From positions 1 through 64,000 of the IMG/VR virus record IMGVR_UViG_3300030090_006322: a stretch of 64,000 nt of DNA. One strand, 5' to 3'. Shown here piece after piece: positions 18,627 to 27,459 of this stretch. The notes under the pieces are model-generated. The model had not been told where the DNA came from. It did no database searches and worked only from the letters and a program-made list of their open reading frames with translations. The stretch's first letter is position 1. Each line of letters starts with the position of its first letter. The DNA is from a virus. The position numbers were made by a program, and so were the translations under genes.

Positions 18627-19691
18627 TTAAGCTTTTACACCAAAAATAGGCTCGCAGATCGTTTTCATGATAAAATCTCTATTTTTATTAAAGATTTCTA
18701 TCTTACAAAACCTTTCGTAACAATGCGAAAAAATATCAGCTATATTTAAGATATTGTCGTACCTGTAAGAATCATAAATATAAATTTCTTTTATATATTG
18801 AGAGATTAAATCTCCTAATTTTTTTCTTAACTGTATCTCATACAATTTTTTGAAAAACTCTCTATCTTCAGAAATTTTCCCATATCTACAAAATTGAGAA
18901 AAAAGTTTATATTGGATATCCTCTGAAATTCCTAACTCTAGTAATATATCAGTAAAATCAATGTAGGGGTGACCCATAAAAACACACTCAAAATCATCAA
19001 AATAAAAGTTTGTTTTATCAAAAAATATATTATCTAAAGATAATTTACCATGACACTTAAATCTGTAAGGGAGTTCGATATTGTTTGATAATGAAACGAT
19101 TTGCTCTTTTAAATGGCTCATAAATTCACGGCATAGAGCATAGTCTGTGTAATTCTTAAAAGCGTCCAAGGAATCTTTGGGTAGATAACTAGAAGGATCT
19201 AAATTTAACAAAAACTTTTTTAAAGAGCTATTATAAGTGGGTTTTACTGGTTTTGTATTTTGGAAATCAAAATAACTTTCGAAAAATGAATCCAAATTTT
19301 CTACTAAGCAAGATCTGCCATAATTCCTGATGCTCTCGCAAGGAGGTGTCGAGGTGAGTAAATAAGAAATTTCTTCTCCGACCTTGAGTTGACCATAACT
19401 TTTAAATTTAGGCACCGCATATGAAGAGCAATTTTTTATCATGCTAGCTTCTTTTTTTAATATTCCATCTGAATCATCTAAAGAAATTTTTAATCTATAT
19501 TCACTTTTATTTTTATCTTTTAGCAAAAACACATCATAATTATCTTGTATCTTTCCTATCGAAATCGCACTAACATCCAAATCGGGGGCAATTTCTCCGA
19601 TAACTTTTTCAGCAAAAGCTAAATCTTGGCTTTGATTTTGAGTTTGAGGGAAAGCGTAAACTTTACCTTTAAAAAGAGAAGAAAGCTTCAT
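18627..19691 (-). CDS. Aminoglycoside/choline phosphotransferase-fold protein (possible pseudokinase)
   Basis: YRLKI, E helix, CHGKLSLDNIFF (HGDL..N with D to K), FDDFE, GHPYIDF. Confidence 0.6.
   Translation of the reverse strand: MKLSSLFKGKVYAFPQTQNQSQDLAFAEKVIGEIAPDLDVSAISIGKIQDNYDVFLLKDKNKSEYRLKISLDDSDGILKKEASMIKNCSSYAVPKFKSYGQLKVGEEISYLLTSTPPCESIRNYGRSCLVENLDSFFESYFDFQNTKPVKPTYNSSLKKFLLNLDPSSYLPKDSLDAFKNYTDYALCREFMSHLKEQIVSLSNNIELPYRFKCHGKLSLDNIFFDKTNFYFDDFECVFMGHPYIDFTDILLELGISEDIQYKLFSQFCRYGKISEDREFFKKLYEIQLRKKLGDLISQYIKEIYIYDSYRYDNILNIADIFSHCYERFCKIEIFNKNRDFIMKTICEPIFGVKA
18635..18641 (-). promoter_or_regulatory. GGTGTAA motif upstream of ORF 18624
   Basis: 10 nt before the ATG, inside the 3' end of the upstream gene. 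Confidence 0.45.
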
Positions 19692-19699
19692 GAATTATA

Positions 19700-19736
19700 A
19701 TAAAATAAACCCCCCCTTTTTCAAGGGAGGGTTTAT
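19700..19736 (-). terminator. Intrinsic terminator after ORF 19786-20010
   Basis: Minus strand ATAAACCCTCCCTT-GAAA-AAGGGGGGGTTTAT forms a 14-bp stem (one G-U pair) with a GNRA loop, followed by TTTATT. Confidence 0.75.
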
Positions 19737-19785
19737 CAATGAGCAAAACCACCTCAATATTTGAGGCGACTATTATTTAACAAGA

Positions 19786-20010
19786 CTAAAACACCTTGCC
19801 AAAATTCTTTTCTGCAATTCTAACGCCACACACACTAGTTTTTGCAAAAGTGCGTGATTTTTTAGAATTCCTATCATAAACTTGCACGTAGCTGTCGGTC
19901 TCTTTCATTAATTGAGCATTAAGGGACTCTCCTTGAGAAGTATATAGACCAAAAAACCTTCCTTTGGAGTTACGAATAGCCCTCATGACTCGCGTATTGA
20001 CTTTGTTCAT
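19786..20010 (-). CDS. Small basic hypothetical protein
   Basis: Has its own near-consensus promoter upstream and a terminator downstream. Confidence 0.7.
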   Translation of the reverse strand: MNKVNTRVMRAIRNSKGRFFGLYTSQGESLNAQLMKETDSYVQVYDRNSKKSRTFAKTSVCGVRIAEKNFGKVF

Positions 20011-20016
20011 GTCGTT

Positions 20017-20045
20017 ATCTTATGCGAACTGGAGTGATTTGTCAA
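20017..20045 (-). promoter_or_regulatory. sigma70-type promoter TTGACA-N17-TAAGAT (probably leaderless)
   Basis: The -10 element ends 6 nt before ATG 20010. Confidence 0.7.
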
Positions 20046-22467
20046 CTACATTTATAGAAATTTTATCAATTCCTCTATTTTTAACAATATAGTTTGATAT
20101 CGGGACTTGAATCAAAACTTTAACTGCGCTTTTTATTTGTCTAGCGTGATTTTTTTCTAGTTTAATTTTATTTAAAATATAATTTTCCACGCTTTTGGTA
20201 AAAGATATTTCGATGTTTCTATCTTGTAGTCTTTCCTTTATTGCTATAAGTTCTGTTTTAATTATTTTCAAAAGTTCTTTTTCCCCTAACTCGTTAAAAA
20301 CTACTACTTCATCAACTCTAGCTAAAAGCTCTGGCCTAAAATATTTTTTTAAAGATTTTTTATAAACATCCGTGTCGCTTTCAGCGTCTTGAATAAAACC
20401 CATACTTCTCTTTGTTTTCTCTTTGTGACCCACATTAGAAGTCATAACTATCACTGTTTTAGAAAAATCTATCTTTCTATTTAAGTTATCTGTAGCATAT
20501 CCTTCATCTAAAATATGCAAAAGAATGTCTAAAACTTTAGGCTCACATTTTTCCACTTCATCAAACAAAACAACACAGTTGGGATTATTCCTGACATATT
20601 CTGTCAATAACCCTCCCTCTTCATAACCGACATAACCTGCATTTGCCCCCATTAGCTTTGAAATACCAGTTTTATCTTGGTATTCACTCATATTTAGTTG
20701 TAAAAAAGCCCTCTCGTTGCCGAAAAAATATTTAGCAATTTTCTTAGCAGTGAAAGTTTTACCGACACTTGTGGAACCCACAAATAAAAAGTTACTTAAA
20801 GGTTTACAGGGGTCATTTAGACCAGCTTTTACGCATGAAAGAGCATTGTGTATAATTTTTATATTTTCTTCTTGCCCGAAAATTTCGCCATTCATTTGAT
20901 TATAGAACTGATTAAAAGAAGAGGTATTTTTAGCTATGGTTTTAACTGATAAACCTGTTTTTTCTTTAAAGACGGACAAAATATCTTTCTGTCTTATTTT
21001 TTGTTTGCGCCCTTTTTTAGCTCCATATCTCGCCATGACCTCTAAATAATCTTTTAGAAGACTTGTGAATTTTTCTTCGTCTATTTTGTCTTCTTCAGAT
21101 GTCCCCATCAAGAATTCACAAAAAGAAGTTCTTACTTGCTCTACACTAGAGGGAACTTCATTGTATTTGATTTTTGTTCTAGCTCCTAACTGATCTATAA
21201 TGTCAAAAGCTTTATCTGGAAACTTTTTGTTGCTTAAAAACTTTTCACATAAATCAATAATTGTATCGATGTCTGATTCAGAATACTTAACGTGATGAAA
21301 ATCCTCATAATAAGATAAAGCATTCATTACTATTTTTTTAGTATCAGCTTTAGAGGGTTCTTCTACCATTATCTTGTCGAACCTTCTTTTCATGGCGGTA
21401 TCTTTCTCAAAAAACTTTTTGTATTCTTGAGATGTGGTTGCGCCGATACATTTTATATCACCTCTTGCTAAAGCTGGTTTTAACATATTAGATGCGTCCA
21501 CCGCACCTTCAGAGTTGCCAGCTCCAATTATAGTGTGTATTTCATCAAAAAACAAAATGATGTTAGATTCTTTCTCTACTTCAGCTATAAGGGATTTAAA
21601 CCTCTCCTCAAACTCTCCTCGATACTTTGTACCTGCTATCATAGCGCTTATATCCACAGCGCAAATTTGCATAAGAGACATATGAGGTGGGCTTTCTTGA
21701 CTGATAATTTTTTGGACAAGACCCTCTACTATTGCTGTTTTGCCAACACCTGCATCACCGACCAAAATAGCATTGCTTTTATTCTTTTTAGATAAAATCT
21801 CTATTAATTCATGTATTTCTTTGTCTCTACCTGAAACTTTCGACGTTTTTTGCGAAACAAATCTTTCGTTTAAGTTTACGCAATATTTTGACAGGTTTGG
21901 CAGTGGACCTTCTCCTTCTATCTTTTTACTTTTTATTTTTAGGCGAACATCTTCTATTTTTTCAGGATCTAAAAGAATGTTTTTTATTTGATCAGTAGGA
22001 GGTATGCTGGTTTCTAAAACATAAGTTTCAATTATATCTTTAGCGTGGATAGTATCTATGCCATTTGCCTTCATATATTCAACAAACGGTCCTTCCATGT
22101 CTAGGATGGTATAAAGAATATGTTCTATGCCAATAAAGTAACTGTCAAAATTATCTGAAAAATCTTTAGCAAAAAATATAATTTCATTTACGTCCTCATG
22201 CCAACCACCTTGACCTTTTGAGGCTTGGAAATAATCTTTATTCTTAGCGGCATATTTTTTAAACAATTTAATAAAACTTTGCCCATCGAAAGAAATGCCA
22301 TAACTTTTTAGTCTAACAGCACAGCTATCAGATATATTTATTAAACATCCGTAAACTAGATGTGCAGTTGTAACCAAATTGTGTCCATTAGCTTCTGCAA
22401 ATTTTTGAGAATCTTTTAGTCCCTTTTTGGCTTTTGGGGTTAAATTGAAATCGGTTAGACCCATCAT
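20020..22467 (-). CDS. clpC: ATP-dependent Clp protease ATP-binding subunit, ClpA/ClpC type
   Basis: Double Clp N-repeat; GDAGVGKT/FFDEIH; AGTKYRGEFEER; GSTSVGKT/LFDEVEK; GYVGYEEGG; MGF ClpP-docking loop. Confidence 0.9.
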   Translation of the reverse strand: MMGLTDFNLTPKAKKGLKDSQKFAEANGHNLVTTAHLVYGCLINISDSCAVRLKSYGISFDGQSFIKLFKKYAAKNKDYFQASKGQGGWHEDVNEIIFFAKDFSDNFDSYFIGIEHILYTILDMEGPFVEYMKANGIDTIHAKDIIETYVLETSIPPTDQIKNILLDPEKIEDVRLKIKSKKIEGEGPLPNLSKYCVNLNERFVSQKTSKVSGRDKEIHELIEILSKKNKSNAILVGDAGVGKTAIVEGLVQKIISQESPPHMSLMQICAVDISAMIAGTKYRGEFEERFKSLIAEVEKESNIILFFDEIHTIIGAGNSEGAVDASNMLKPALARGDIKCIGATTSQEYKKFFEKDTAMKRRFDKIMVEEPSKADTKKIVMNALSYYEDFHHVKYSESDIDTIIDLCEKFLSNKKFPDKAFDIIDQLGARTKIKYNEVPSSVEQVRTSFCEFLMGTSEEDKIDEEKFTSLLKDYLEVMARYGAKKGRKQKIRQKDILSVFKEKTGLSVKTIAKNTSSFNQFYNQMNGEIFGQEENIKIIHNALSCVKAGLNDPCKPLSNFLFVGSTSVGKTFTAKKIAKYFFGNERAFLQLNMSEYQDKTGISKLMGANAGYVGYEEGGLLTEYVRNNPNCVVLFDEVEKCEPKVLDILLHILDEGYATDNLNRKIDFSKTVIVMTSNVGHKEKTKRSMGFIQDAESDTDVYKKSLKKYFRPELLARVDEVVVFNELGEKELLKIIKTELIAIKERLQDRNIEISFTKSVENYILNKIKLEKNHARQIKSAVKVLIQVPISNYIVKNRGIDKISINVVDKSLQFA

Positions 22468-22473
22468 AATTCT

Positions 22474-22480
22474 TTACACT
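22474..22480 (-). promoter_or_regulatory. AGTGTAA motif upstream of clpC
   Basis: 6-9 nt before the tandem ATGs; overlaps the dnaE stop. Confidence 0.5.
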
Positions 22481-25034
22481 ATTTAAGTTCAGATAGTTTC
22501 ATGTAGATTTTGTCTTTTAATGGGAAGATCTTGTCAATAAACACAATATCATCCCCTTTAGACCCGTATATTATCACAATATCCGACTTTTTGGGCAATT
22601 TTTTCCCAGAATTTAAATAATCTGTTAATCGAGCGTCTCTATTGCTGTCTAGAAAAAGACCCTCTAAAATACCTCCTTCGTCTTGCATTGTAAGGCGAGC
22701 GTATTTGTTGCCATTTCTGCTTGTTCTACGCATTATATCAGTAAGCACACCGACAAATTTTATATTAGATCGCTCATTCAAATCTTTTACTGTATCTGCT
22801 GAATGAAAATCGCCTTCATAACTAAAAACCTGTCTTATATTATAAGAATAACTATAACCCAAAAGCTTTTCTTCGAAAAACCAATTAGCATATTTTATAT
22901 GCTCTTTGTTCATCTCATAAATTTCTTTATATGGTTGGAATTTTTTACGAAATGTTTCGAATCTTTTATCTGAAAACATTTTCCTATTATCGTCACCAAT
23001 CATATCCTCTTGTTTGGCACTGTGGATAGCTGTGATTATGTCGTAATTGTATTTATCGCCAATAGATATAAAATTTCTTTTTTCTCTATCAGTCAAAATA
23101 TTGAATGTTTGAGCTTCTAGGACTAGTCTAGGTCTATTGCTTTTTACAAAGGAGTCTAGTAGACCCGCTTGAATTAAAGCTGAAAGAGTACCGATATTTA
23201 AACCAGCTTGTTTCGCTGATAAAAACACTTCATACTTGTTAGAGAATGACTCCTCTCTAAAATCAAGTAAAGACTGTAAAACCTTGGTCGATACGCCTTT
23301 TATTGAATTTAAGCCATATCTTATGTTTTTACCCTCTATTTTAAAATCTATGTCTGATTTATTTAAGTCAGGTGGCAAAAGCTTTATGTCAAAATGAGAA
23401 AGTTCTTGAGATATTTTAGCTATCTCCTCATGAGAATTAGGTTCAAATTTCGCGTATTTTAAAAGACTTAAAAAGAACTCTTGCGGATATGTAAACTTCA
23501 AATAAACAGTTATAGCAGCTAAGTGTGCATAACTAATCGAATGGGATTTGTTAAAAGAGTAATTAGCAGAGTCTTCTGCCACTCTCCATAAAACATCTCC
23601 AATAGCAGGGTCTAATTTATTTTCTTGAATCTTATCCTCGATTCTCGCTTTCCATGCTGGCATTTGATCGACTTTTTTCTTGCCGACAATCCTTCTTAGT
23701 TGCTCCGCTTCATCTAAAGTAAAACCTACCTTTACAGCCATTTTCATTAACTGTTCTTGGTAAAGAGGAATACCACCTGTGTAGCTCAAAATATCATCAA
23801 AAAACTCATGAACCGATTGGAATTCTCCAGTGCGAACGTATGCCGCATAACTATCTTTGAAATCTAAAGCTCCAGGTCTTGCTATAGCTACTACAGCAGA
23901 TAATTGTTCAAGATTTTGAGGCGCGATCAAACGACAAACTTTGAAGTTTGTCTCCGCTTCGATTTGGAATAATCCTTGTGGAGAGCGCAAAGAGGATAAA
24001 GCTGTATAAATAATTTTATCATGAACGTCTATTTCTGATACATCTATACCCACTTGTTTGCAAACGTCATGAACAACAGAAAGCGTTCTTAAGCCAAGGA
24101 TATCGAACTTAACACTAAGGCTCGCGACATCATTCATGTCATATCCAGAAACTAAAGCGCCATCATTAGTTACTTGAAGAGGCATAATGCCATCTAGATT
24201 ATAATATGAAATAGAAATGCCAGAAGGATGCACACCAGTATTTTTATTTAACCCTTCTAGTTTTTTGGCTATCTTAAAAACTTTAGGATATTTATCGGCA
24301 TAAGATCTAAAAGATTCGCTGTCATCATAAGCCGCATCTAATTTGGAAACAATTCCGAAATTCTTTGGTATAGTATCACTGATCTGATTAACGTCTATTT
24401 CAGACAATTCAGCGACAATTTTACCGCACTCTTTCATGCATAGTTTACCACTAAGAGTGTTAAGAGTAAGAATCTTGGAAGTTTTGCCCTGATATTTTTT
24501 TTCGATGTATTCAATAACCTCTGCTCTCCGATCATATGAAATATCATTATCCACATCAGCGAGCAAACTACCATCCAGAAAAACTTCACCATTGTGTTCT
24601 ATTTTCCTAGCTCGACTTTTTGATACAAATCTCTCAAAAAAGAGATCATATTCAATAGGATCTATATTAGTCACACCGATGACATACAGAACCAAAGAAC
24701 CAGCGGCGCTTCCCCTACCTGCTCCTGTAGGGATGTCGTTTTCTTTGCAAAAATTTATAATATCCCAATTAAGAAGAATGTAGTCAGTAAACCCAAGATC
24801 ATCAAAGATGGTTAATTCTTCTTTTAATCTATCATAATAAGTTTGTGCGTTTTCAAACTTATCAATACCTTTTTCTTTTAATCTGGCAAAGCAAAGCTTT
24901 CTCAAGAACTGGAAGTTATCCCCCAGGTCTACACAAGCAACCTCGTCATAATATTTTTTTTGTATTTTAATTTCTGGGAGCTTAACGCCAACTGGAAATG
25001 GCGTATTGTAGCCTTTAAAAGTATTAGAACTCAT
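22479..25034 (-). CDS. dnaE: DNA polymerase III alpha, catalytic core (no PHP domain)
   Basis: GAGRGSAAGS, LFFERF, ADVDND (catalytic), GVHPSG, KFDILGLRTL, YQEQLM, YSFNKSH, HhH and OB-fold C-terminus. Confidence 0.92.
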   Translation of the reverse strand: MSSNTFKGYNTPFPVGVKLPEIKIQKKYYDEVACVDLGDNFQFLRKLCFARLKEKGIDKFENAQTYYDRLKEELTIFDDLGFTDYILLNWDIINFCKENDIPTGAGRGSAAGSLVLYVIGVTNIDPIEYDLFFERFVSKSRARKIEHNGEVFLDGSLLADVDNDISYDRRAEVIEYIEKKYQGKTSKILTLNTLSGKLCMKECGKIVAELSEIDVNQISDTIPKNFGIVSKLDAAYDDSESFRSYADKYPKVFKIAKKLEGLNKNTGVHPSGISISYYNLDGIMPLQVTNDGALVSGYDMNDVASLSVKFDILGLRTLSVVHDVCKQVGIDVSEIDVHDKIIYTALSSLRSPQGLFQIEAETNFKVCRLIAPQNLEQLSAVVAIARPGALDFKDSYAAYVRTGEFQSVHEFFDDILSYTGGIPLYQEQLMKMAVKVGFTLDEAEQLRRIVGKKKVDQMPAWKARIEDKIQENKLDPAIGDVLWRVAEDSANYSFNKSHSISYAHLAAITVYLKFTYPQEFFLSLLKYAKFEPNSHEEIAKISQELSHFDIKLLPPDLNKSDIDFKIEGKNIRYGLNSIKGVSTKVLQSLLDFREESFSNKYEVFLSAKQAGLNIGTLSALIQAGLLDSFVKSNRPRLVLEAQTFNILTDREKRNFISIGDKYNYDIITAIHSAKQEDMIGDDNRKMFSDKRFETFRKKFQPYKEIYEMNKEHIKYANWFFEEKLLGYSYSYNIRQVFSYEGDFHSADTVKDLNERSNIKFVGVLTDIMRRTSRNGNKYARLTMQDEGGILEGLFLDSNRDARLTDYLNSGKKLPKKSDIVIIYGSKGDDIVFIDKIFPLKDKIYMKLSELK

Positions 25035-25663
25035 ATTTCTAAATCAAATAATTGCTTACGAAAAACTTTAAAGTTCATCTCAATATCGTATAAAGCATCA
25101 TGCAACCTTTTAGGGTCGTGGTCAATATTATATTTCTTAAGAAGAGTAGCTTGAGATGTTTTTAAACCCCTCTCCTTATGATTTAAGAGCCTATACTGCC
25201 AACCAATAAAATCATCTTTATCTACAGGGATTTCTTTGGCTATAGCTGTGGCAAGAGATTTTGTGTCTATAATCCTAGAAACAAATGAGTAATCTGCTTT
25301 TTTACCCATTAGCTTTCTCCAAATGTTAACCATGTATACATCAAAACCCAAAAGATTTTGGCCGATAATTAAATTATTTTCGTCATAAAGGTCTTTTGAA
25401 AATTCCTGCCAAACTTGATTGGGGGCTTTGCATTTCTTATTGTATTCTTTCATGGAGAACCCCGTCACTTTAGCAGCTCCTTCTGAAACATCTAGATTGG
25501 GCCAATGTATAAACATATCATTCCGCGCCACAATTTTATCTCCCTCGACCACTAGCCAAGCGACCTGCCAAGGTCTAGAAGTGATTAAATTTAAACCTTC
25601 GGTTTCTGTGTCAAAGACTATGTATCTTTGTTTTTTATTAAATCTAAGCAGTGGTTCGTTCAT
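25031..25663 (-). CDS. dnaQ: DEDDh 3'-5' exonuclease (Pol III epsilon-like)
   Basis: FDTETEG (ExoI), GQNLLGFD (ExoII), HDALYD (ExoIII). Confidence 0.88.
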   Translation of the reverse strand: MNEPLLRFNKKQRYIVFDTETEGLNLITSRPWQVAWLVVEGDKIVARNDMFIHWPNLDVSEGAAKVTGFSMKEYNKKCKAPNQVWQEFSKDLYDENNLIIGQNLLGFDVYMVNIWRKLMGKKADYSFVSRIIDTKSLATAIAKEIPVDKDDFIGWQYRLLNHKERGLKTSQATLLKKYNIDHDPKRLHDALYDIEMNFKVFRKQLFDLEI

Positions 25664-26402
25664 TTTCTAAATATGATTCAAAGCAAAATTCATTACTACC
25701 AAAATGATCTAAGTTGGGACAACTTAAAGTTGCAGCCCTCCCGAAGTTTCTATTACAGAGAATTTTATATGTCTGCAAAGCCTCGACATCGCACCTGTTC
25801 TTATAAAGAATGCTTTTAACTTTTCTTATTGGTCTATTTTCTGTAAAAAGATTACCCCCAGCAAACCTTAAAACTTTTTCTTTTAGGAGATGGTCAAAGG
25901 GCAGACCGTTATCTTCAATCCAAAATGTAGGAGTTATTTTGTTAAAATTTGGAACACACTTTTTTAAGTGAAAGTTGTTGTTGAATATAAAAGAATCGTA
26001 AAATGGAATAATTAATTCTACGCTATCATCCCAGACAGAGTTTAAGAATTTAAAGTCTACTTTTCCGTTGCCAGTATGGGCGTAAGAGTAAATTCTGTAT
26101 AGCAGTCTACATCCATCATCATTGTTTGCAAATATGATAATTTTGTGATCTGAATTATCCTCTTCAGAGATATCGTTGCAACAAGTCAACCTCAAACCAA
26201 AAACCAAATCAATCTCTCTCTCTTTACATTTATTATGAGCTGTAACAAAGCCAGTCATCGAGTCTTCAACAAGAACTAGTGATTTAATGTCGTTCTCTTT
26301 GCAAATAGTAAAAATGCTATCTGGCCCACCTTCCTTATCGCTATCATCAAGAGTCAATATGCTCTTTCCTATTGAGTAAGTAGATTTAAATACAGGTATC
26401 AT
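25644..26402 (-). CDS. Stand-alone PHP domain of Pol III alpha (metal ligands degenerate)
   Basis: FKSTYSIGKSILT, LVLVEDSMTGF, LVFGLRL and IIIFANNDDG align with the DnaE N-terminus (HLH.HS.YS, A.TDH, P.IG.E, LLA.N..GY). The start was moved to MIPVF, downstream of the promoter. Confidence 0.8.
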   Translation of the reverse strand: MIPVFKSTYSIGKSILTLDDSDKEGGPDSIFTICKENDIKSLVLVEDSMTGFVTAHNKCKEREIDLVFGLRLTCCNDISEEDNSDHKIIIFANNDDGCRLLYRIYSYAHTGNGKVDFKFLNSVWDDSVELIIPFYDSFIFNNNFHLKKCVPNFNKITPTFWIEDNGLPFDHLLKEKVLRFAGGNLFTENRPIRKVKSILYKNRCDVEALQTYKILCNRNFGRAATLSCPNLDHFGSNEFCFESYLENERTTA

Positions 26403-26409
26403 TACTGCT

Positions 26410-26437
26410 AGCATACCTGCTTTTCTAGCTCTGTCAA
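26410..26437 (-). promoter_or_regulatory. sigma70-type promoter TTGACA-N16-TATGCT for the PHP-dnaQ-dnaE operon
   Basis: The -10 element ends 7 nt before ATG 26402. Confidence 0.6.
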
Positions 26438-27459
26438 GAAGAATGTGCTGGACACCCTTGATAATATCTTAATTCGCAAAAACCGCCATTTGGAACAAAT
26501 TTATCCATAAAATCTTCTTCAAAATAAGATTTAACAAATTGACCTTCAGCGTCATAGACTTCGTAATAAAAGAAATCAAACTTCATGGGGCAGTGCCACT
26601 TAGGAGATCCATCTTTTTTCAATTCTCCTTTTTTAGTCGCAAAGCCACACAAAAGTTTGCCGCTAAAAGAGTTGTCTTTTGGAAAGCCTTGGTGGGCTGC
26701 GAAATTGTATTTAGCGTCTCTTTCTGAAAAATTATCTAAATATTTTTGTATCTCTGTGAGTTGTAGCTCGAAACCTTCTAATTCATCAGAATCTAATGGT
26801 TTCATTCTGACAACGCCAGATTTAGCAGCGTTTGGATCAAGATCAAACTTTAAAAACAAAAACTCACTTATCCTATTGGAATACTCTGGGAAAAGTTCTT
26901 GGACAGCCAAGCTATACATCAAATCTTGCAAGTTGTCTGTTTGGTCTTTGCCTTTGAACACATCTTTACTTGTTTTGAAATCCCTAATTAAAGCAAACTT
27001 TTGTTTTTTATATAAAAATAGCTTGTCAATAAATCCTCTTATTTTATAAGCAATGTCCCCATCTTTTTTTATTATATCAAAATCTTTTTCGGAATACTCC
27101 TCTGTAGGCTTCGATAGATCTCCCCCAAAAAAGTCATAAGATAGACCATTAAAGATCATATCCTTCATTAAATCGATATTGTCTTTATCGTCCACGCCTT
27201 CTCTGGCAGCGTGTTTCAAAATTAATCTTTTTATAGATGGGACAGAGAAAACATCTTGGGTTTTTATTATTTTATTATAATATTTTTTTCTTTTTTTAAT
27301 GCCTAAAACCTCAAAAACTAGATGGCATATTGAACCTCTACGAGCGCCATCGTTTCCCTTTTCAGGAAGGCGCAATTTATATTTGCACCAATAAAGCCAA
27401 GAGCAAGATTGTGCAGTCTTTATTCTACTGGCAGATAGAGGTGTTTTAGGTTCAGGCAT
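26434..27459 (-). CDS. PD-(D/E)XK nuclease (RecB/Cas4-like)
   Basis: LSASRI...C, GSICHLVFE, RGFIDKL...IRDFKTS, QDLMY, and C-terminal Cys residues. Confidence 0.8.
   Translation of the reverse strand: MPEPKTPLSASRIKTAQSCSWLYWCKYKLRLPEKGNDGARRGSICHLVFEVLGIKKRKKYYNKIIKTQDVFSVPSIKRLILKHAAREGVDDKDNIDLMKDMIFNGLSYDFFGGDLSKPTEEYSEKDFDIIKKDGDIAYKIRGFIDKLFLYKKQKFALIRDFKTSKDVFKGKDQTDNLQDLMYSLAVQELFPEYSNRISEFLFLKFDLDPNAAKSGVVRMKPLDSDELEGFELQLTEIQKYLDNFSERDAKYNFAAHQGFPKDNSFSGKLLCGFATKKGELKKDGSPKWHCPMKFDFFYYEVYDAEGQFVKSYFEEDFMDKFVPNGGFCELRYYQGCPAHSS

Noticed and set aside
24900-25700. Split intein joining the DnaE parts
   Set aside because: No intein N-terminal C/S block or C-terminal HN-C/S motif at the ORF ends.
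26434-27459. CRISPR-Cas locus suggested by the Cas4-like nuclease
   Set aside because: No repeat-spacer array or other cas genes; solo PD-(D/E)XK nucleases are routine in phage replication modules.
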